Positions 58,375 to 64,000 of a DNA stretch of 64,000 nucleotides are shown here, in pieces. The stretch is taken from NCBI GenBank assembly GCA_015059045.1, contig SVBD01000001.1:66165-130164 (forward strand). The letters are read 5' to 3'. Below the pieces are notes generated by a model. It was given only the letters and a program-made list of their open reading frames with translations. It had not been told where the DNA came from and did no database searches. How positions within the stretch are numbered: the first letter of the stretch is position 1; each line of letters begins with the position of its first letter. A program made the position numbers and the translations under genes. Origin of the DNA: Erysipelotrichaceae bacterium (GTDB lineage Bacteria; Bacillota_I; Bacilli_A; RFN20; CAG-449).

Positions 58375-59516
58375 CTAAGCAATTTTATATAATATTGTTC
58401 AGGAAATTCTTCATTAATAAATTGAGAGTATCCTTTTAAATAGTTTTCATCATAGTAAGTAAATATATTCTTTACATATTCTAATCTATTAATGAATTTT
58501 TCATAAGGCGCATCTTCACCAAGCCACAAATGCCATGCTTGTAATCTACTTGTTTCATTCCACGATATTCCAACAGTATCGAATTGATATTTATAAGCTA
58601 AATATGTTTGCTCTGAATTAGGATCTTCGTTTGGATCATTATATTCTTCTGACATTTCTCTAAAATGAATTCTATTGTTCGCGGCTTTTCTAACATTGAT
58701 TAAATCTATTGTTGAATTTAAATAATCAAACACTTCATACATTGCGTCTTGATTATTATTGTAGTAATCAAGATTAACAAATAAACCACATTGAGGAATA
58801 CCTCTATCATTGAGATTTAAATCATCATTATATGATAAATAAGCATCTCTTAAAGTCTTACAATATTGTTCTTTAGTATGATCATCTCCTCGATCATCAT
58901 TAAGGGTAAAATTAGCATATTTTTCATTATATAATTTTGATTCTTTTAAGGTCATTAATCTAGTCGCATAAGGCTCATTAATTAAGACATAATCATAATC
59001 ATTTTCTAAGCCTTCTTGAGAGAATAAATAATTATAAAATTCAAGGTCATTATATGATAAATAATCTACGTCAAATTTATCAATTTTATTTAATGTTTTT
59101 CCTGCACTACCAAACTCATTATTTGTTAAAACTTTATATGATTTAGATGTTGGATCTAAATTTTTTAAAGGAATAAATTGTTGGTTCCCCATTGCAATAG
59201 TACCTACATAAGCATAGTTACCATATTCCTTACATAAATCTAATCCCCTAACTGAATCGTAAACAATCATTTGATAATTGCTATTATCTTTAAATGCATT
59301 TTCAATAGATTCTAAACTATCAGTAAATGTAAATTTTTCATCTTCGTAATATGTTAAAAACGCTAAAGAAGCAACACCTTTTTGACATATTAAATTAAAT
59401 TTTAATGGCTTATAAATAATTAACCAATTTTCAAGATTACAAGAACAACTACTAGTAGTTAATAAGGTCAATGATAATAATGATATAGATAGTAATTTAC
59501 AAAATCTATTCATCAT
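58371..59516 (-). CDS. Lipoprotein of unknown function (signal peptide, lipobox LLTTSSC)
   Basis: N-terminal [26 protein letters not shown]. 381 aa. Rich in N/Y/D/E. No family recognised. Overlaps the deoB start by 11 nt. Confidence 0.6.
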   Translation of the reverse strand: MMNRFCKLLSISLLSLTLLTTSSCSCNLENWLIIYKPLKFNLICQKGVASLAFLTYYEDEKFTFTDSLESIENAFKDNSNYQMIVYDSVRGLDLCKEYGNYAYVGTIAMGNQQFIPLKNLDPTSKSYKVLTNNEFGSAGKTLNKIDKFDVDYLSYNDLEFYNYLFSQEGLENDYDYVLINEPYATRLMTLKESKLYNEKYANFTLNDDRGDDHTKEQYCKTLRDAYLSYNDDLNLNDRGIPQCGLFVNLDYYNNNQDAMYEVFDYLNSTIDLINVRKAANNRIHFREMSEEYNDPNEDPNSEQTYLAYKYQFDTVGISWNETSRLQAWHLWLGEDAPYEKFINRLEYVKNIFTYYDENYLKGYSQFINEEFPEQYYIKLLS

Positions 59517-60705
59517 TTAATACCTCGTTGATTAATTCACCTATTTGAGTAGATTCCTTCTCTAAATTAAAGTTTTTAGCGATAGTTCTACCAATACATG
59601 CAAAAGATTTCATATTTTTTAATTCTCTACCTTTATTTATAGAAGGTGAATAAATTAATAAAGGAACCATTTCTCTAGTATGATCACTTCCGCGATGAAT
59701 AGGATCGTTACCATGATCCGCTGTAATCATTAATAAATCATCTTCTCTCATTTTAGAAATAAATTCACCTAATTGAACATCAAATTCTTCTAAACATTTT
59801 GCATAACCTTTAGGATTTCTTCTATGACCGAATTCTGAATCAAATTCAACTAAGTTTACAAAACATAAACCTGTGAAATCTTTCTTTAATAAAGCAATAG
59901 TTTTATTCATTCCATCTTCATTTGATACAGTCTTATAAGTTTCTGTTACACCAACCCCATTGAAAATATCATTAATTTTACCTACACAGATAGTATCAAA
60001 GTGGTTATCTTTTAAGATATCCATATAAGTTCTTCCTGAAGGAGATAAAGCATAATCATGACGATTACTTGTACGTTTAAAGTTATCTTTATTTGTGCCA
60101 ACATATGGTCTAGCGATAATTCTACCTAGTAAATACTCTGGTTTTAAACAAATTTCTCTAGCAATTTCACAATATCTATACAATTCTTTTAAAGGAATAA
60201 TCTCTTCGTGACCGCAAATTTGTAATACTGAATCACTTGAAGTATAGACAATTAGATCACCAGTTTTCATTTGGTGCTCACCATATTGTTTAATTATTTC
60301 TGTCCCAGATGCCGCAATATTACCGACGATATTTCTTCCAGTTCTACTTGATAATTCATCTAATAGTTCTTGTGGAAAGCCAGTATCAGTAAAAGTTTGG
60401 AAAGCTTCAGAAGTTAAAATCCCCATCATCTCCCAGTGTCCAGTCATTGTATCTTTACCATTACTTGCTTCTTCAAGTTTTAAACAATATGAATGTGGGT
60501 GATTGACTTTTGATGTGCCTAAAATATTAGAATCTAAGTCATTTAAACCAAGTTTATTTAAATTAGGTATATTTAGTCCATTATTAGCTTCACTAATGTG
60601 TACGAGCGTATTTGCCCCTAAATCACCAAATTTTTCCGCATCATTCATTGCTCCGATTCCTACTGAATCCATTACTATTAAGAATACTCTATTAAATTTT
60701 TTCAT
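59506..60705 (-). CDS. deoB: Phosphopentomutase
   Basis: [18 protein letters not shown] start and alkaline-phosphatase-superfamily metal ligands. 399 aa. Confidence 0.92.
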   Translation of the reverse strand: MKKFNRVFLIVMDSVGIGAMNDAEKFGDLGANTLVHISEANNGLNIPNLNKLGLNDLDSNILGTSKVNHPHSYCLKLEEASNGKDTMTGHWEMMGILTSEAFQTFTDTGFPQELLDELSSRTGRNIVGNIAASGTEIIKQYGEHQMKTGDLIVYTSSDSVLQICGHEEIIPLKELYRYCEIAREICLKPEYLLGRIIARPYVGTNKDNFKRTSNRHDYALSPSGRTYMDILKDNHFDTICVGKINDIFNGVGVTETYKTVSNEDGMNKTIALLKKDFTGLCFVNLVEFDSEFGHRRNPKGYAKCLEEFDVQLGEFISKMREDDLLMITADHGNDPIHRGSDHTREMVPLLIYSPSINKGRELKNMKSFACIGRTIAKNFNLEKESTQIGELINEVLNDE

Positions 60706-60733
60706 AAAATCATCTCCAACTTATAATTATATA

Positions 60734-61612
60734 CTATTTTTTGTTCATAAACAAATCATATGCAGATATTATTCTTTTACTTGAAACATGAGTGTAAATT
60801 TGTGTAGTAGTAATATTGCTATGACCTAACATTTCTTGCACCATTCTTAAATCTAATCCATTTTCTAATAAATGTGTAGCAAAGCTATGTCGTAATGTAT
60901 GAGGTGTTACATTTATTGTTATACCCGCATCTGAAGTATATTTTTTGATAATTTTCCAAAAATATTGTCGAGAAAGAGGTTTTCCAAAGTGATTTAGAAA
61001 AACATAATTACTACGGTAAATATCATACTTTCCTCTAACTTCAAATAAATATTTTAATAAGTACTCTTTTGCAAAATCACCTATTGGTACATGTCTTTCT
61101 TTATTCCCCTTACCAATTATCTTTAAAATTCCTAAATCAATATTAACTTGTTTTAATTTCAAATTTAATAATTCACTTACTCTCATTCCTGAAGAATACA
61201 TTACTTCAAGCATTGCTCTGTCTCTAATTCCTTCTTTTTTCTTCATATCAGGTTGTTCAAATAATGCTTCGATTTCATCTGTAGATAAAACGTCAGGTAA
61301 ATGATCATTCTTCTTTGGCATTGCAATATCATTTGAATTATTAGTTAAAATATTTTCTTTTTGAAGAAAATTATAAAATTGTCTTACAGTTCCTGCTCTT
61401 CTAATAATTGTTGTAGCCGCTTTTCCTTGACTTGATAATTTCATAATATAATCTTCAATATCATAAATCGTTAATTCCTCAGAATTTTCTTTTTTTGTGC
61501 ACTCGAAAAATGACAATAGATCTTCTTTATAACAATCTAAAGTTAAAATAGAAACATTTCTTTCATAGAACATCATTTCGATAAAACGTTCATATGCATC
61601 TTTAATCTTCAT
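60734..61612 (-). CDS. xerD: Tyrosine recombinase XerD
   Basis: HTLRHSFATHLLENGLDLRMVQEMLGHSNITTTQIYTHV with R..HxxR..Y catalytic residues. N-terminal core-binding domain. 292 aa. dif site 2.5 kb away. Confidence 0.88.
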   Translation of the reverse strand: MKIKDAYERFIEMMFYERNVSILTLDCYKEDLLSFFECTKKENSEELTIYDIEDYIMKLSSQGKAATTIIRRAGTVRQFYNFLQKENILTNNSNDIAMPKKNDHLPDVLSTDEIEALFEQPDMKKKEGIRDRAMLEVMYSSGMRVSELLNLKLKQVNIDLGILKIIGKGNKERHVPIGDFAKEYLLKYLFEVRGKYDIYRSNYVFLNHFGKPLSRQYFWKIIKKYTSDAGITINVTPHTLRHSFATHLLENGLDLRMVQEMLGHSNITTTQIYTHVSSKRIISAYDLFMNKK

Positions 61613-62783
61613 CTTTATTTCCTTCTAATTCGCTTGCTTTTATAAAAACATTTTTCTTATATTTATTATTTAATTCATTAATTAGCAATTTTGTTGCACA
61701 CTTTTCACGATGTTGTTTAATATCAAAAAAAGACATTTGAACATAAAAATCTTTTATATTTGATAAATTTGATAGAGTTACACCAACTAATCTAATAACT
61801 TTACCATTAAAATTATCATCGTATAATTTAATTGCTACATTATATATATCTTCGATATTATTTGTTGGCATTTTAATAGTTTCTGATCTTGAAAATGTTC
61901 TAAATTCACTATCTTTTATCATCAAAGAAATAGTTGAACCAATTTTCTTTTCTTTTTGAGCTCTTTTACTAACATCAACAGCTTTCTCATATATCATATT
62001 ACGAATTTCTTCATAATCATCTGTATCAAATAAAAATGTAGTTGAATTTCCAATAGACTTAGGGTCTTGATATTCAGTAATAACTTCGTCACTACCCTTT
62101 CCTTCAAGCCATTCTTTTAGAACATAATACGATTTACCTAATGTTTTTTTTACCTCAATTGTGTCATTTTTTGCTAAATCACCTATAGTTTTAACACCTA
62201 ACTTTTCTAATCTAGGATAAGTTTTTTTACCTATTCCAAACATATCTTTTATTGGGAGAGGCCAAATAATATTTTTTATGTCTTTTTTCCTTATAATAGT
62301 AATGCCCATAGGTTTTTTAATATCTGATGCCATTTTTGCTAAAAATTTTGTTGGCGCTAAACCAATTGAACACATTAATTTAGTTTCATCAAATAAATGT
62401 TTTTGTAATTCTTTTAAAAATAATTCTGGATCCTTGCAATTTTTCATACATTCAGTCATATCAGCATAACATTCATCAATAGAAGCTATTTCTATAATAT
62501 CAGTATATTTTCTTACGTAATTGAAAAATTTAGTGCTTAAATCATGATATAGATTGAAATCACAATCCCTAACTATGACATTTGGACATAACTTTAATGC
62601 CATATATGTTGGCATAGCAGAATTGATTCCAAATTTCCTAGCTTCATATGAAGCGGTAGAAACAATCCCTCTCCTAGTAGATCCAGCAATAATTAGTGGC
62701 TTACCTTCTAACTCAGGTTCCTTTATTACTTGAGCACGAGCGTAAAAACAGTTTAAATCGATATGCATAATGATTCTACTCAT
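61602..62783 (-). CDS. dinB: DNA polymerase IV (Y-family, DinB)
   Basis: MSRIIMHIDLNCFYA, SIDECYAD catalytic motifs, little-finger domain. 393 aa. Confidence 0.9.
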   Translation of the reverse strand: MSRIIMHIDLNCFYARAQVIKEPELEGKPLIIAGSTRRGIVSTASYEARKFGINSAMPTYMALKLCPNVIVRDCDFNLYHDLSTKFFNYVRKYTDIIEIASIDECYADMTECMKNCKDPELFLKELQKHLFDETKLMCSIGLAPTKFLAKMASDIKKPMGITIIRKKDIKNIIWPLPIKDMFGIGKKTYPRLEKLGVKTIGDLAKNDTIEVKKTLGKSYYVLKEWLEGKGSDEVITEYQDPKSIGNSTTFLFDTDDYEEIRNMIYEKAVDVSKRAQKEKKIGSTISLMIKDSEFRTFSRSETIKMPTNNIEDIYNVAIKLYDDNFNGKVIRLVGVTLSNLSNIKDFYVQMSFFDIKQHREKCATKLLINELNNKYKKNVFIKASELEGNKDED

Positions 62784-62828
62784 ACACTCATCCTCCTAAT
62801 ACAATTATATAATTTTAGTTCATATATG

Positions 62829-62859
62829 AAAATAAAAGAATAATAAAATTATTATTCTT
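62829..62859 (-). terminator. spo0A terminator (minus strand)
   Basis: aagaataata-aaat-tattattctt 10-bp stem followed on the minus strand by ttatttt. Confidence 0.6.
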
Positions 62860-62870
62860 CTATTAAATTA

Positions 62871-62897
62871 ACTAATTATCTACTAAATATATACTAA
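62871..62897 (+). repeat. Phased pentamer array C: ACTAA at 62871/62882/62893, spacers TTATCT and ATATAT
   Basis: Seen directly. Ends 2 nt before the spo0A stop codon (62900-62902). Shares the 16-mer ACTAATTATCTACTAA with arrays A and B. Confidence 0.8.
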
Positions 62898-62899
62898 AA

Positions 62900-63694
62900 T
62901 TATGAGAAAATTACTTTTGAATTAACTTCTTTATTTTTAATTTTAATATGATCACTAATCATGGCGATAAATTCACTATTTGTAGGCTTGCACTTATATG
63001 ATGAAATTGTATATCCAAATATCTCATTAATCTTTGTGATATTTCCTCTAACCCATGCCAATTCAATCGCGTGTCTGATAGCTCTTTCAACTCTAATTGA
63101 ACTAGTATTATATTTTTTAGCAATTTCAGGATATAAGACCTTAGTAATACTTCCTAAAAAATTTTCATCCTCATAAGTAGATATAATTGCACTTCTTAGA
63201 TACGTATACCCCTTAATATGAGCAGGAATTCCTAATTCATGCATCAATTTTGTTACTTGTTCTTCTAAATGATATTTAATATTTTTATTTAAATTTGTAT
63301 CCAGTTCTTTTTTAAATGGTTGAAATTTAATACTTGAAATTAATGAATCTATTGAATATGGTTTTAAAAGAATATTAGATACATTATATTTACTTAATCT
63401 TGATATTGTTACTTCATTTGCAAATGAAGTTGTTACTATAATATCCCCGATTCTTGGATAATTATTTGGATTATTAAATATCTCTTCCAAAACTCCTAAC
63501 CCATCAACTTCTGGTAATAGCAAATCTAAGATTAACACATCTATATTTCTAAAATTATGCATTTTTCCTAATGCCTCTCTGCCACTACTGGCAAAATCAA
63601 TTATATATAATGATTCCTCCTTTGCTATTCTTGCGATGTTTTGATTTAATACATCTTTAATTGATTCGATAATAAATACTGACTTTTTATTCAT
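62900..63694 (-). CDS. spo0A: Sporulation master regulator Spo0A (receiver domain plus Spo0A-specific DNA-binding domain)
   Basis: C-terminus [20 protein letters not shown]...[65 protein letters not shown] is near-identical in pattern to B. subtilis Spo0A. Receiver Asp (ILDLLLP), Thr and Lys are present. The usual DD pair is replaced by E-S. Confidence 0.9.
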   Translation of the reverse strand: MNKKSVFIIESIKDVLNQNIARIAKEESLYIIDFASSGREALGKMHNFRNIDVLILDLLLPEVDGLGVLEEIFNNPNNYPRIGDIIVTTSFANEVTISRLSKYNVSNILLKPYSIDSLISSIKFQPFKKELDTNLNKNIKYHLEEQVTKLMHELGIPAHIKGYTYLRSAIISTYEDENFLGSITKVLYPEIAKKYNTSSIRVERAIRHAIELAWVRGNITKINEIFGYTISSYKCKPTNSEFIAMISDHIKIKNKEVNSKVIFS

Positions 63695-63805
63695 AAATTT
63701 TCCTTTCTAATTGCTCACTTTATCGAAATAATGCGCAATTGAATAATTTATAGCAAAATCACGTATGAATTTTTTAATATAATTTTTTTTTGATTTCTTT
63801 TCTAT

Positions 63806-63840
63806 TAAAAAGAGAATTAGTTTAACCCAATTCTCTTTTT
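63806..63840. terminator. Hairpin terminator between spoIVB and spo0A
   Basis: aaaaa-agagaatt-agtttaaccc-aattctct-ttttt. Perfect 8-bp stem flanked by A and T runs. Confidence 0.7.
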
Positions 63841-63844
63841 AATA

Positions 63845-64000
63845 CTAGAATTCTATTTGTTTGCGATACATGTTCTCTATATATAATCCATATCCATACT
63901 CAATATTGTCTACAAGAACATGTGTAACTGCTCCAATTATCATGTCATTTTGAATAATCGGTGATCCAGACATTCCGGAATATACCCCTCCAGATATATT
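63845..64000 (-). CDS. spoIVB: SpoIVB serine peptidase, C-terminal fragment (continues beyond window)
   Basis: Translation of the minus strand gives ...[50 protein letters not shown], matching the SpoIVB C-terminus ([22 protein letters not shown]). spoIVB-spo0A adjacency as in Bacillus. Confidence 0.8.
   Translation of the reverse strand, partial: NISGGVYSGMSGSPIIQNDMIIGAVTHVLVDNIEYGYGLYIENMYRKQIEF

Noticed and set aside
60734-61612. XerD as the integrase of a mobile element / genomic island boundary
   Set aside because: Flanked by housekeeping genes (deoB, dinB, spo0A) in Bacillus-like order and accompanied by a chromosomal dif-like site. No att-like duplications, IS or phage genes seen.
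47904-62897. CRISPR array interpretation of the ACTAA repeats
   Set aside because: Units are 11 bp, not 24-47 bp repeats separated by unique spacers, and no cas genes are present. Treated instead as a phased dispersed-repeat family.
62784-62899. LexA (Cheo box) operator upstream of dinB
   Set aside because: No GAAC-N4-GTTC match. Nearest is GTTCatatatGAAA, which is the wrong arrangement.
63695-63800. 0A boxes / sigma-H promoter upstream of spo0A
   Set aside because: Only a single 6/7 half-site (TATCGAA at 63721-63727) and no recognisable sigma-H -10 (RxxGAAT). Insufficient support.

Overview
Very AT-rich (roughly 27-28% GC by eye) chromosomal window from a low-GC Firmicute using the standard genetic code. 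Gene order closely follows the Bacillus subtilis yqe/yqf/yrv/yne regions: lepA-hemW-hrcA-grpE-dnaK-dnaJ, mgtE, a tRNA-Met/Ile/Ser cluster, thrS (T-box), glcK-pyk-pfkA, dnaB-dnaI, yqfC-yqfD, ybeY-cdd-era-recO, glyQS-dnaG-sigA-trmK, apt-relA, hisS(T-box)-aspS, cshB-like helicase, ispG, rpmG, efp, plsY-parE-parC, yqeG-yqeH-yhbY-nadD::yqeK-rsfS-mtnN, then deoB-xerD-dinB-spo0A-spoIVB on the opposite strand. Sporulation genes (spo0A, spoIVB, pro-sigK, yqfC/yqfD, a lone spoIIIAH) indicate an endospore-forming lineage. Most of it is housekeeping. The points worth a second look are: (1) a strong dif-like Xer site at 58204-58231, exactly where gene orientation switches from + to -, with xerD 2.5 kb away, which suggests the window spans the replication terminus; (2) a small family of co-oriented arrays of the pentamer ACTAA phased at exactly 11 bp, sitting at the 3-prime ends of three minus-strand genes (plsY, a lipoprotein gene, spo0A); (3) an insertion in the conserved yqfD-ybeY locus encoding a C39 cysteine-peptidase domain fused to a polytopic membrane domain with no ABC ATPase, plus a 101-aa very basic GIY-YIG-like protein; (4) a duplicated DUF1538-type membrane protein with two translationally coupled PII-like genes and a divergent 101-aa mini P-loop protein; (5) a Fic-fold protein with a degenerate catalytic motif inserted between lepA and hemW; (6) an orphan spoIIIAH, a Spo0A receiver with a non-canonical acidic pocket, and a NadD-YqeK fusion. 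No CRISPR, IS elements or prophage were seen.
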